Assembly (NCBI GenBank): GCA_965261345.1
Contig: OZ253449.1
Coordinates: forward strand, 1-64,000
From: Chloroflexota bacterium
GTDB taxonomy: Bacteria; Chloroflexota; UBA11872; VXNJ01
Reading direction: 5' to 3'
DNA length: 64,000 nt
The position numbers were made by a program, and so were the translations under genes. Positions 26,564 through 38,039 of this stretch are shown piece by piece (positions within the stretch are counted from its first letter, which is position 1; every line of letters begins with the position of its first letter). The notes under the pieces were generated by a model that was given only the letters and a program-made list of their open reading frames with translations, was not told the origin of the DNA and did no database searches.

Positions 26564-28165
26564 TGTTGTTGCTCAGCGATTCCGTCAGTAGTTAACTGCT
26601 CAGGAAAAATGTCAGTCTTCTACCCACGTAGGGACACATGGCATTGCTCGAGCAACTTCCCCGCGCACGGCGCCAGATTCTCAGATTGCTACCTCCACGA
26701 AGAGATCGATTCCCGACAGGCGACAACCCTGCTCGGCGTCAGCTGCCGCCAGTTCTGGCGTTTGCTGGCCGCGTACCGGAAACGCGGTGGTGACGCCCTA
26801 ACCCACGGCAACCGCGGCCGCCGGCCGGGCAATGCCACTTCCCCAGAAATCGCCGCCAGAGTAATCGAACTGACCCGGGACCGTTATCCGGATGCCAACC
26901 ACACCCACCTGGCGCAGCTGCTGGAAGAACGCGAAGGGATACGGATCAGTCGCCAGACCTTAAGACGGATCCTTACTGCCACGGGATTAAAGAGCCCCCG
27001 CCGCCGCCGTCCGCCCCGCCACCGGGTAAGAAGAGAGCGCATGCCCAGGGAGGGGATGCTGATCCAGATCGACGGCAGCCACCATCGCTGGCTGGGCGAC
27101 GATCATCCCCAGTTCGCCCTGCACCTGGCGGTCGACGATGCCACCGGCAAGGTCCTGGCGGCGCGATTTAGACCCGATGAAGACGCCTGTGGCTACTTCG
27201 AACTGCTCGGCGATCTGACTAGGAACTACGGTATCCCATTGGCCCTCTACAGCGACCGCCACAGCGTATTTGTTCCCTCCCTCCGATCCGCGCAGCCAAA
27301 GCTGGCCGAGGGCGCTACCCAAGTTCGCGCGGGCAATGTCAGAACTGGGGATACGCTAAGGTGTTTGCCAGCTCGGCCCAGGCCAAGGGCAGAGTCGAAA
27401 GGGTTGCCGGGACCTTCCAGGATCGGCTGGTAACCGAACTGCGTCTGGACGGGGCAAGGACCCTTGTAGGCGCCAATTTCCTGCTGGCCCGGTTCTTAGA
27501 GCGCTTCAACCACCAGTTCGCGGTTGCGCCGGCGCAACCGCAGACCGCCTACCGCCCGCTCGATCCCGAAATCGATCTTGAAATGGTGCTGTGTTTTAGA
27601 CACTTCCGCCGGGTCGGGCGTGACAACACCGTCAGGTATCGGTGGCAGGTGATCCAACTCCTGCCATCTGAGGAGCGACCCAGCTACGCCGGCTCCAGGG
27701 TGGAAGTGATCGAACATACCGACGGGCGGCTACAGGTGGCGTTTGCGGACGGGATCGTTCCTTCGCAGCTGGTCCCGCCCAGACCGGGACTGATGCGGAT
27801 TAACCGCGCCGACAGCGATCCCGATCGGCTGCAGCGCCAGCTGGCGAAGGTGCAACAGCTCCCGGAAACAACGCCGCCAAAAAAACGGTTGCGGCGGCGG
27901 CGTGCAGCTGGCCGCAAGCCCACCGCCCGGCAGGTGGCACGCTGGCAGGCGGTGCAAACGGCCAAGAGCAAGGGAATGACCATCAGCGGCATGTCCCGAG
28001 AGCTTGGACTGTCGCGGAAAACGGTCCGCCAGTACATGCAAGCGACCGAGCCGCCGCGGAACCGGTCAAGCCGCCTGGGCGCCATCAGCCGGCAACAATA
28101 ATGCGAACCCGTTGACTGACATTTTCGCTGGACCGTTGGACTGACATAGTCGCTGAGCTACGACA
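26564..28165 (+). mobile_element. ISNCY (IS1202-like) element, frameshifted transposase
   Basis: TGT...ACA ends with repeated CTGACA motifs; HGNRGRRP, QIDGSHH.W, YSDRH, AKGRVER. Confidence 0.8.
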
Positions 28166-28248
28166 CGACTCTGGGGAATCAATTTGATCGGCAACAGTCG
28201 GGGGCGTCCCAGGTCAGGCTCATCGACCCATCGCTGTTCACAACCCGA

Positions 28249-28418
28249 CGAACGGCTCGTCGGAGCCAACGATGGAGCGACATGGAGGTGGGTTGTTATC
28301 GCGGAGGTTGCCGAGGGCGAGACGGCCTCGACTGTCGACGGGCGAAGGCATTGGCTCCGTCGCCAAGTCCACAATGCGAGACGTGCTCGAACGGCTCGTC
28401 GGAGCCAACGATGGAGCG
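28249..28418 (+). repeat. 31-bp direct repeat, two copies
   Basis: CGAACGGCTCGTCGGAGCCAACGATGGAGCG at 28249-28279 and 28388-28418. Confidence 0.8.
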
Positions 28419-28914
28419 GCACCTGGAAATAGAGGGTGACCGCCGGATCCTTTGGACACGAGAAGAAGAAGCGGACAGTGATTGACTGGCTGAGGCTCCT
28501 GGAACGAACCGCTCGCAGGGCCAACGCCGCTGCAGAGAACTCAAGGAGCATACGCGCTACGCGAGGGCGGGCAAGTGTCCTACATCCTCGGTAATCTGGA
28601 GTGCGTGAGCGCGCCCTTCCGCGAGTTATCCCCGGACGGGCTTTCCAATCGCGCCGCTGACCGCCAGGAGAGACGGGCGCCGCCCAAAATCGACCCTAGC
28701 CAATAGAAAGCTACCGCCGACTGGAGGCACCCATTCGGCGATCCTTCAATTCATGTTGAAGTCGAACGCACGCGTGAGCGTGCGGGTCGATGTGGATATG
28801 CTGCTGCGCCCGATGGCCCTAGCCGAGGCCCGCCGACCACGCGCTACGCGCTGAAACATCGGTATCGACGAAGCCGTGACGAGCTGAGCGGTTGTCAGCG
28901 TTGGGCCAACGCGC

Positions 28915-29490
28915 CTACCGGCCGCTCCCCCTCATCGACCCCTCCAGGTACAGGTCCTCCAGGCCGTACAGCGTGCAGACCACCTCGCGATCGCCAGCGT
29001 CCTCCCACGAATCCTGGCTGGGGTACAGAAATTGGATGTCGAGCAGCGAGCTCTCGTAGGCTTCCTCCACGTAATCGTCGAAGTAGTCGAGGCAAAGGTT
29101 GAACGCGACGGACTCGAGCTGGTTGTACCCTGGGAACGGCGCATCGTTGGGTGCCTCGACATCGGTTGCCGCGAATACTTCGTACTGGTGCGGCTCGTCG
29201 CAGTCGACGACTTCGACGTTCTCGACCTCCTCCCCGCCCCCGGAATTGAAGCAGTCTCCCACCTTGAGCGAGAACACGCTTCCCTCGCCGGAACACGCGA
29301 CAATGACGCCGGCGAGGACCGCCAGCACCGCGATCGTGGCCCCCAGGATTACGGATCGCGACCACCGGCGGCGGCCCTCGCTGGTCTCGTGGCGCCGGGA
29401 GTCGGCTTCGTGTTGCGTTGAGTGGTAGGGCATTGGCGTTTTCCGCTGCGGTAAGCGGCTCCTCAGCGTCACAATACAGGGCTGATTCAT
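28915..29490 (-). CDS. septum-formation-family (Cys-rich, membrane-anchored) protein
   Basis: TM helix then LKVGDCFN, VDCDEPHQYEV, PSQDSW..GDREVVC; start may be 29433. Confidence 0.7.
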   Translation of the reverse strand: MNQPCIVTLRSRLPQRKTPMPYHSTQHEADSRRHETSEGRRRWSRSVILGATIAVLAVLAGVIVACSGEGSVFSLKVGDCFNSGGGEEVENVEVVDCDEPHQYEVFAATDVEAPNDAPFPGYNQLESVAFNLCLDYFDDYVEEAYESSLLDIQFLYPSQDSWEDAGDREVVCTLYGLEDLYLEGSMRGSGR

Positions 29491-29880
29491 ACTGGGTGAC
29501 GACTATTGCCACTAGTTAGCCCGTTGATCCCCACTCTACCAGGGCGATCGTGTGATTACGATGTCAGTCAAGCCCCTGTCGATAGCATTTATGACCTTCT
29601 CCAGTAGGTCGAATCGTTGGGCCAGGGCCCGCCCACTCCCATCCTGCAGGGCGAATGGCCGAACGGATTCCGAATCCCTGCCCGGAGCCTGACCGAGGTG
29701 GTGAAATGAAGCGCGACGACGCCGGCGACCAGGAGATTGAAGCCCTTGGAGGCCGCCTGTCCCGTTTCGGCGCAGCCACCCTGTACCCCACCTTAGTCCA
29801 CGCTCGTTATGGCACGGACATCCCACTCGCAAAGCGATTGCACTCGCCGATTGTTGGAACCGTGACTCAACTCTTGCAAT

Positions 29881-30270
29881 TCAATGACTTGCGCCCCAGA
29901 AACTGTGTCGATAGCGCGGAATGACAATCCACCGGACGCCCTGGGTGCAGGGCGGTGTGGGCAGGGAACCCCCGTATCCGTAGTAGTTCAGGCTGTCGAG
30001 GACGTAGTCCGGGACTGCGGGGCCATTGCTCAGGTCCACGAAGGCGCCGGGATCTGAAGCGATATCAAGCCGGTCTTGGATGGGGGAGCTAGCCTTGCCT
30101 TGGGGGAACAGTAACCCTATCATCGCAAGGTTTCCCTCAGAATCACGATGCACGGCGTGCAGCTCGGCGGCGAAGCCCTCGCCATCCAAAGGCGGAAGCC
30201 CGGCGGGCTTCGGGCGCCGCCTCACCGCGCCCCGCCAACTTCGCACATCCATCAATTCGTCACGTGGCAC
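29881..30270 (-). pseudogene. alpha-carbonic anhydrase fragment
   Basis: ELHAVH and Y.GSL.TPPCTQGVRWIV motifs; N-terminal zinc-binding histidines missing. Confidence 0.65.
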
Positions 30271-31606
30271 GCGGGTCCAACCGTGAGGATTGAGCCGTCT
30301 CCGAGTTGGAATTGAGGAAGTTGGACCCTTCCGTCAGTTGCTTCATCCAGCAAATCCGACAGTGGTTGTTATTAGACGTTGAATCCAGAAGTTTCTAGCT
30401 GACGAATTGATTAAATCGCCAGTTGATCGACTCGGATCAGAAAAACGATTATGTCTAGCTGCTATAGCCATTCGACTTAGCTAACAATCGATGGCATGAC
30501 TCTCGATTGAAGCGCAAGATCGAAACTCGCGCATACCACCTCCGCAGTCGATTCGACCAATACTGATCAACAATGCGAAATGGCGGATTGACCCGATTGG
30601 GATAGCGACGGATTGGAAGCGCAAATCTTGGCTGGAATCGCAACTAGGTTGCTGATCGTGATCTTCCACTACCCGATTAAGGGCGGGAGTCGTTGAATTC
30701 AATCAAGATTCCTCCGCTACGGCCGACGGGCCCGACGCCGCTTTCGAGGTTGGAAGTGGAATCGGCACAAGCGCCGGGTTGAGCGCGAACTTGACAAAGT
30801 GGTGCTCCTAGCAAGTTGCGAACGGGAATTCAAAGCCGCACATCCGTGGCGTAGGCCAAATTCGATCCGACAACGTTGGGCGGAGGCCTTTAATCAATTG
30901 AAAGTAAATGGAGTCAATTGGACCGTCAATGTCCCTCAATATGGGGCGACGGTGAAAATCCAAGGCGACTAAATGTATGTATCTTGGCGCGGATTCTCAA
31001 TCAACGGAGGTGTTGAAATCCCTCTCTGTGTCATCGGGTACAGAGGGCATCCCGACAACGAAAGCTGGTATTTTTGACGCGGCACATTACTGACAACGGA
31101 TTGCGCTTTGGGCCGATTGCAAAATTGTTTTTGGCACAAAATCTGTTTCAGGTAACGGGGCGGTTTCAGGCAATTCGGGCGTCTTGTGCCACTCAACGAA
31201 TTGAAATGGCAGATACCTTTCTCCCAAAAACTGCCCAAACGCACTTGCCATATCTCGACTGGTCGGTTCAATTGAAGCAACACGGTTGACGAATGCGATT
31301 CCCTGACCGTCACGATTGACGATCTTCACGACAAGAGTTGGGCTCAACTGTGCCGCAACTTCGGCATCAAAAACGAATCCGACAGCACCTTGGTTCAGCT
31401 TCACTCCAATTGTTGGGAAACTCGGTTTGGCGAGTAATAGGGTGGTATAGGACGGATCGCGAAAGTCGCGGTGAATTGAAATTTGATGCTAGGGAATTGG
31501 AGTTCCCGGAAGATTTTTGAAGCGCCCTGGATGTATTCGCCACTTCGCGACGTGGCAGTTAACTCGGTCAGAGTCGCGCCAGATTCGGCGGCAATTATAT
31601 TAGCCA

Positions 31607-31890
31607 TTATGGAAGCTGGCGCAGGTTCGTTAATTCGAGCGACGGAATCGCCTTGGGCGGCTCCTGATCCTGTACACGTTGCCAAGCGTCTTCAATTGCG
31701 GACCGGTTGTGAGTCGCCCATTCGATGACCAGGTTGCGAGCTCGCGACGGTAGCTGGCCGCGCAACAATTCCAACGGGGCAAGCTGGAACACCGCTTCGT
31801 ATTCGCCGTACATGGCGGAGAAGTGGGGTGGATTGTGATCCCTCTAGCACATGCGAATCACGATCCCGTAAAACGCGGCCAGTTCAGGCG
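31607..31890 (-). pseudogene. DUF4160-like TA-associated protein with in-frame stop
   Basis: PELAAFYGIVIRMC*RDHNPPHF...GQLP.RA..LVIEWA. Confidence 0.65.
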
Positions 31891-33105
31891 CGACGTGCTT
31901 TCGCGGATTCCTCTAGCCCGTATATCTCACCGGCCCCGCTAAATCAGGCGGCCGCCCAGGGGTAATCTGAAGAAGTAACAACACAACCTCAGCACCCGCA
32001 AGGCGGCCTGACCATGATGACAGAGTGTAATCAGCAGCAGCTCCAGTTCTGGGGACTTGGCCGCCGCCGGATAACGGCCAAGTTCGATGGCGGTCACCTG
32101 ACCTCCGATGGTGGTGGGTTGCTGTTGCGGGAAGTGGATCAGCGCATCGGCCTGCTCTCGCGTCTGGCGGGCTGCTTTAGCGACCACCGTAGCCCATCGG
32201 CAATAGAGCACAGCGTTGCAGACCTTATCGCCCAGCGCGTCTACGCCCTGGCGCTGGGCTACGAAGACCTAAACGACCACAACGCGCTGCGCTGCGATCC
32301 CGCCCTGGCGCTCATGGTGGGCAAGCGTGACCTTACCGGTCAGGACCGGCGGCGCCTGCGCGATAAGGGCAAGCCGCTGGCCTCGGCCAGCGCTCTTAAC
32401 CGCCTCGAGCTATCGCGTCCCGATAAGGCGCAGCAGGACCGCTACCGCAAGATCGCGGCTAACTTCTCCGGGATGGACGAGCTGCTCTGCGATCTCTTTC
32501 TGGAGGCGCACCAGCATCCTCCCCGGCAGATAGTCCTCGACCTTGACGCCACTTAACGATCCCCTGCACGGGGATCAGGAGGGACGCTTCTTCCACGGCT
32601 ACTACCGCTCCTACTGCTACCTTCCGCTGTACGTGTTCGGCGGCGAACACCTGCTGCTGGCAAGGCTGCGTCCGGCCGACCGCGATCCCGGTGCCGGGGT
32701 GGTGGCAGAACTCTCGCCGCTGATCGATCGGATCAGATCGGCCTGGCCGGATACCCGTATCATCCTGCGCGCCGATTCGGGCTTTGCCCGCGATCAGACC
32801 ATGACCTGGTGCGATAACAACGGTATCTACTATGTCTTCGGTCTGGCCCGCAATAAACGCCTGCAGCTGCTGCTGGGGAGAGCGCTGGCAAAGTCGCGGC
32901 GGCGCTATAGCGCAACCGGCAAGGCCTCACGGCGCTTTCGGCAGTTTCGTTACCGCACCATCAGTTCCTGGTCCAGGCGGCGGCGCGTGGTCGGTAAGGC
33001 CGAGCACCTGCCCAAGGGTCCCAATCCCAGATTCTTAGTCACCAACCTGCCCTCCTCCCGTATCGGCAAGCAGGCCCTCTACGAGCAGCTCTACTGTCCG
33101 CGGGA

Positions 33106-35172
33106 TCAGGTTGCATACTGCGCCTCATTGCTAACTTGCGACAGTTCGTCGGCGGTCCCCCCGGCGGCATGAGATGAACCGGCCCCGCCCGGCGGCCATT
33201 CGTAAAGACGCACGCCCTTGTCGTCGGCCAGATGGCCCACCAGCAGCCCGCGCCGCCGCCGGTCGCGGACTCCGCTCTCAGATATCCCAAGCCGCCCGGC
33301 GACCTCGTACACGCTAAGCAGGCCCCGATCGCGCAAACGCTGGTAGCGCGTGCGCAGCCCGTGGGCGTAGATCATGGCCTGCACGGCGGTGCGGGTGTAG
33401 CGCGCGCCCCGCGGCGGGCGGTGATCGCGCTGCCGCAGGATCTCCACGATCGCGCCGATCGTGTGGCCTTCAAGCGCTTCGTCGACCAGGGCGACGGTCT
33501 CGACCGGGGTGCGGTACAGCTGGGCGCCCGACATCGGCAGGGGCGCGGTCAGCTCGCGGGCGACCCCGCCGCGCAGACGCACTCCCAGCCTGATCTCCTC
33601 CTGGCCCCTTGACACCGTAACGTCCTCGACCAGCAGCCGCAGCATGCGCTTGCGCTCCCGGGCCGGGGTCCCGGGATCGTTCCACACCCTGGGGAAGTTG
33701 GTCGCAAGTTCGGCGATCCGCCGCTGCTGCTGACTGTCGAACCGTTGCCGATCCTGCTCGCGCCGGCGCTCGTACTCAGCGCCCGCCTGCTCGAGGCGCT
33801 GCAGGCAGGCGTTCCACTCGGCCTCCAGCACGTCGGCGACCATGCGGTTGTGCGGATCGGCCAATCGGTAGCGGCGGCCGGCCAGATCGGCCGCCTCGCG
33901 GACGCGCTGCACGGCCCGGGACCGCAGGCCGTCGGCCTCCCTGAGGCGGCGCTCCAGTTCGTCCTGTACGCCAAGCGCCAGTTGCAGTACCTGCGGAGTC
34001 ATCAGTTCGAGAGCCAGATCGGCTACGGCCCGGTCGATCCCCGCGCCGGCAATCGAGAGGCAGATCGGTCTGGCGTTGGCGATCCCGTCGCGGTGACATA
34101 CGTAGCGGGGCCTGGTGCGGGAGCCGTCGTAGCGCGTCTGCAGGTGGTTCCCGCATTTCCCGCAGATGGCCACCCCCTGCAGAAGGGCCGTCCCCTCGCG
34201 CGCCGGTCCCTGGCGGCGGTCGGCGCCATGGGCCCTGGCCGAGCGCGCCAGCTGGGCCTGGTTGGCCTCGAATCGCTCCCAGGAAATGTAGCCGGGATGG
34301 TGGTCCTTGATCAGGGCGATCCACTCGCTGCGCGGCGCCTTGGCTGACCGGCGGCTGCCGCCGCGCCGCCGCCGCTGGGTGCGTCCGTAGGCGTAAACCC
34401 CGGCGTAACCGGGGTTGTGCAGGATCGACAGCGCACGGCCGTGATCGAGATTGTTCCAGAAGAGTTCGCCCTTGCCCGGGCCCTTGCGGGACCGCAGCGG
34501 GATCAGCAGACCGTTCGCATTAAAGTACGCCACCACAGCCCGCGCCGAGCCGCTGCGCTGGAAGACGTCAAAGAACGTGCGCAGGGTCTCCTGCACCTGG
34601 GCGTCGGGGTCCGGCACCCAGCGGTCGAGAGGGTCGTAGCAGTATCCCACCGGCAGCGCGATCTTGAGCTCGCCGCGCCGCGCCTTGGCCAGAAGTCCAC
34701 CCCGCAGACGGGACTTCATAACGTGCAGCTCGGCTTCCGACATCGTGCCCTTCAGGCCCAGCAGCAGGCGGTCGTTGAAGCTGGACGGATCATATATCCC
34801 ATCCTCGTCCAGGATCAGGGTGTCCGACTGCGCGCACAGCTCCAGCAGGCGCTGCCAGTCGGCGTTATTGCGCGCCAGGCGCGAGACTTCCAGCCCCAGC
34901 ACCATCCCGACGTTGCCCAGGGACACCTCGGTAACCAGGCGTCGGAAGCCTTCGCGGTCCGAGTCGGCCCCCGAACGCCCAAGGTCGGAGTCAATCACGC
35001 ATATCCGGTCGGCATCCCAGCCCAGGGAGATGGCCCGACCCCGCAGGTCGTACTGGCGGCGGGTGCTCTCGCCATGCTCTACCACCTGCCGCAGGCTGGA
35101 CTGGCGCACGTACAGGTACGCCATGCGGTCGAGGTGGTCGGCGGTCACCTTGCCGCGGGTCTGATCGGTCAT
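33106..35172 (-). CDS. large serine recombinase
   Basis: YVRQSS catalytic Ser, SRLAR, CGKCG zinc ribbon, coiled coil, C-terminal HTH. Confidence 0.92.
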   Translation of the reverse strand: MTDQTRGKVTADHLDRMAYLYVRQSSLRQVVEHGESTRRQYDLRGRAISLGWDADRICVIDSDLGRSGADSDREGFRRLVTEVSLGNVGMVLGLEVSRLARNNADWQRLLELCAQSDTLILDEDGIYDPSSFNDRLLLGLKGTMSEAELHVMKSRLRGGLLAKARRGELKIALPVGYCYDPLDRWVPDPDAQVQETLRTFFDVFQRSGSARAVVAYFNANGLLIPLRSRKGPGKGELFWNNLDHGRALSILHNPGYAGVYAYGRTQRRRRGGSRRSAKAPRSEWIALIKDHHPGYISWERFEANQAQLARSARAHGADRRQGPAREGTALLQGVAICGKCGNHLQTRYDGSRTRPRYVCHRDGIANARPICLSIAGAGIDRAVADLALELMTPQVLQLALGVQDELERRLREADGLRSRAVQRVREAADLAGRRYRLADPHNRMVADVLEAEWNACLQRLEQAGAEYERRREQDRQRFDSQQQRRIAELATNFPRVWNDPGTPARERKRMLRLLVEDVTVSRGQEEIRLGVRLRGGVARELTAPLPMSGAQLYRTPVETVALVDEALEGHTIGAIVEILRQRDHRPPRGARYTRTAVQAMIYAHGLRTRYQRLRDRGLLSVYEVAGRLGISESGVRDRRRRGLLVGHLADDKGVRLYEWPPGGAGSSHAAGGTADELSQVSNEAQYAT

Positions 35173-35439
35173 CGGACCGCCCCGACCGGGGCGCGGTCAC
35201 CAGTTCCAGCAGGACGTCCACGATCTCCGCCGCAGCGCCCGGCGGCGCCGCCACCGGGTCCCGGCGGAGGGTCGGTTCGCAGCCGTCGTTGGCAAGCAGG
35301 GCCGCCAGTCCGCCCCGGCCCACCTGCTCCATCCGGCGCCAGTCGGCGGCCCCGTCGGGCCATAGCGCCTGGCGCCGCAGGCGCTCGTAGGTCGCGGTCG
35401 CGGTGGTTGGGGCAGCGCCCGGATCCAGATCCGGGCGGG

Positions 35440-35892
35440 TTAATTTTTTGCCCGCCGCAGCGCCCGCTCGATGCTGCGCCTATGCACCGACAGGCCGAAG
35501 CGCTCCTCGACCATCCCGACCAGGCGCCGCGACCCGATCCCGGGCCGCTCGGCCCGCACCGCCAACAGGTACTCCATGATCTCGGGCCCCAGCTTGCGGG
35601 CATGGCGCGGACCGGGGCGCTCGGATACAAGGCCGGCCAGGCCGCGCTCGGCGAACGCCCGCCTGGCCTTGTACCAGGTGGGGCGGGTGAACCCGAAGGT
35701 CCTGGCGCTCTGGGCGATCGACATCCCGTCGCGGCAGACCCGGCTAAGCATCTCGTAGCGCACCTGCACCAGGTCACAGGGGTCGAAGAAGGGATGCTCG
35801 CAGAAGAGATCGTCGCGCACCCGTTCCGGGTGGGGGTTGAGCGCCCCGCTGCGCCGCAGGACCTCCTGCTTGCTCTCGCCATCGGTCGCCAT
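35440..35892 (-). CDS. helix-turn-helix protein (LSR element)
   Basis: FFDP.DLVQVRYEML; ARTFGFTRPTWY HTH; GGAGG RBS. Confidence 0.8.
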   Translation of the reverse strand: MATDGESKQEVLRRSGALNPHPERVRDDLFCEHPFFDPCDLVQVRYEMLSRVCRDGMSIAQSARTFGFTRPTWYKARRAFAERGLAGLVSERPGPRHARKLGPEIMEYLLAVRAERPGIGSRRLVGMVEERFGLSVHRRSIERALRRAKN

Positions 35893-36082
35893 CGCAGTCC
35901 TCCATGCGGGCAATATGCAAATCCATTGTTGCCCCATCCATCGGATCTGTCAACGCCCTGACGGCCCTTTGGTCGGCACCGTTCGGCCTCCGCAATGCGT
36001 ACTACCATCTGTAGCAACATCCTGTTAATCGCAGTCAGGATGTAGGCTACGGTCGTAATTACGTTTACAGTGGCGGCTCCAA

Positions 36083-36394
36083 TCACTTTACGTCTCCAGC
36101 ATCTTTGGCAAGGCTCTCGACAAACTCGGCAAGCTCCAGCAGATCCCGGGCCCGGAACGGCGATCGGCCCCCGGCGGCGACAACGAACGGGTCCCGGGGC
36201 AGGTAGTCGGTAAATCCGACCGGGAAGGTGACGACGCGGCGGTCCCCGTCGTGGCAGAAGATCCTCTCCCGGCCCCAGCCGGCGGCGACGTTAATGACCC
36301 GGTAGCGCCTGCCGTACAAGGGGTGGTAGGGGTGGATTACGCGGATGCTGACTGTGGCGGGACGTATATCACCCGCAGTTGACGGGGTGGACCC
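36083..36394 (-). CDS. small DUF5372/Y4bD-like protein, start-less in the integrated state
   Basis: IHPYHPLYGRRY motif; frame open through the att core. Confidence 0.65.
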   Translation of the reverse strand, partial: GSTPSTAGDIRPATVSIRVIHPYHPLYGRRYRVINVAAGWGRERIFCHDGDRRVVTFPVGFTDYLPRDPFVVAAGGRSPFRARDLLELAEFVESLAKDAGDVK

Positions 36395-37537
36395 GCGGCG
36401 AGATGGAGAACCGCATCAAGGAGATGCAGCTGGCGCTGTTTTCCGACCGCACCAGCGCGGCCACCATTTCGGCCAACCAGCTGCGGCTGTATTTCTCCGG
36501 GTTCGCCTACCTGCTGCTCTATGGGCTGCGGCGACTGGGACTTAGCGGAACCGGTGATGCCCGCCTGCGCTGCGACACGCTGCGGCTACGGTTTCTCAAG
36601 ATTGCCGGCCGCCTGCGGATAACCCATCGCTGCATATGGTTGTCTCTGCCCACGGCCTATCCCTGGCAGAGGGACTTTGCCAGGATGCTGGCCAACCTGG
36701 CCAAGATCCCCATCCACCATATGTAGCCGGGGTAACTTGCGGCGCTTTCGGATAGGCCGGTGGCCAGGATCCCTGCCACCGCTGGGCGCAGAACCGATTC
36801 GGGCGCGCCCACGGTAGCCGATCGACCTCATTGGATGCGGATCGGCGGGCGGAGGCGGCCGCAATGGACGCGGCAAGATGGTTGGTGGCGGGAAATCAGT
36901 CTGAATTGGACCGATCAGCCGGGCCGGTGAAATATGCGGGCTAGCCCACACTTTGCACGGACCCGTTCAACCGGCCGCTATCGGCCGCCAATTTCGGTTA
37001 TCGGTTGCAGCCTGACCGGCTGACGCTCGCCTGACCGGCTCCCCCGCCTCCACTGTAAGCCGTTTGTAGGGTGATGGCCGGGCATTGGGCCCGGCTTCGC
37101 CGGGGATCTGAGCGCTTTACGCTGATCGCTGCGGGGCCGGCGCCGGCCCCGCGCTCAGGCTCCCGGGGCGCGCGCCTTTATCGGGGTCCGGCGCATGAGC
37201 CGGGCCAGTATTTGCGCGAACTCGTCCTGGTACGGATAGGCGGAAGAGAACTCCAGCAGGATCCGGCGGGTGCTCTGCCTTACCCGCACCGCCACCTTCA
37301 GGTAGCGCCGGCGGATGGTTCCCGCCAGCGGCCGCGGCGACGGGGTCAGTCGATCGGGCTCGCGATCCTGCCCGGCCGCGGCGGGATCGTCTATTCCCAG
37401 TCGCCGCAGGGCGGAGCAGAGCACGTAGGCAAGACCGGAGAAGTAGAGCCTGAGCTGGTTGGCCATGAACCTTGAGGCGCTGGCGCGGTCGGCATGGAGC
37501 TGCAACTGCTCGTAGATCCGGTTTTCGCAATCGCCAC

Positions 37538-37849
37538 GGGTCCACCCCGTCAACTGCGGGTGATATACGTCCCGCCACAGTCAGCATCCGCGTAATCCAC
37601 CCCTACCACCCCTTGTACGGCAGGCGCTACCGGGTCATTAACGTCGCCGCCGGCTGGGGCCGGGAGAGGATCTTCTGCCACGACGGGGACCGCCGCGTCG
37701 TCACCTTCCCGGTCGGATTTACCGACTACCTGCCCCGGGACCCGTTCGTTGTCGCCGCCGGGGGCCGATCGCCGTTCCGGGCCCGGGATCTGCTGGAGCT
37801 TGCCGAGTTTGTCGAGAGCCTTGCCAAAGATGCTGGAGACGTAAAGTGA
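37538..37849 (+). CDS. small DUF5372/Y4bD-like protein, start-less in the integrated state
   Basis: No ATG/GTG/TTG in frame inside the element before the HPYHP motif. Confidence 0.65.
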   Translation, partial: GSTPSTAGDIRPATVSIRVIHPYHPLYGRRYRVINVAAGWGRERIFCHDGDRRVVTFPVGFTDYLPRDPFVVAAGGRSPFRARDLLELAEFVESLAKDAGDVK

Positions 37850-38039
37850 TTGGAGCCGCCACTGTAAACGTAATTACGACCGTAGCCTACATCCTGACTG
37901 CGATTAACAGGATGTTGCTACAGATGGTAGTACGCATTGCGGAGGCCGAACGGTGCCGACCAAAGGGCCGTCAGGGCGTTGACAGATCCGATGGATGGGG
38001 CAACAATGGATTTGCATATTGCCCGCATGGAGGACTGCG

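Larger units (their letters stand above)
33101..36395 (-). mobile_element. 3.29-kb large serine recombinase integrative element, copy 1
   Basis: Inverted duplicate of 37537-40831; CG cores at 33101-33102 and 36394-36395; removal restores YCPRGEMEN. Confidence 0.92.
31917..36940 (+). mobile_element. IS1380-family element 1 (transposase 32014-36726) interrupted by LSR element copy 1
   Basis: IRs CCCGTATATCTCACCGGCCC / GGGCCGGTGAAATATGCGGG with CTAG TSD; SDGGGLLL, LDLDAT, LRADSGF, ENRIKE; extra frameshift near 32553. Confidence 0.9.

Noticed and set aside
26540-28190. Xer-site targeting by the IS1202-like element
   Set aside because: No dif-like site or target duplication visible at either flank
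28249-28418. Hairpin-containing 31-bp repeat as a CRISPR array
   Set aside because: Only two units, 108-bp spacer, no cas genes in the window
34417-35961. 514-aa ORF (and mirror 37971-39515), plus other long antisense ORFs such as 46730-47647
   Set aside because: Shadows of GC-rich genes on the opposite strand; no recognisable motifs
33098-36398. CCGCGG as a 6-bp duplication bounding LSR copy 1
   Set aside because: It does not restore the IS1380 frame and is absent from the 37537 junction of copy 2; only the CG core fits both copies
37850-38039. RNA-guided targeting by the LSR
   Set aside because: No segment matching attB found by eye; attP symmetry fits ordinary protein-DNA recognition
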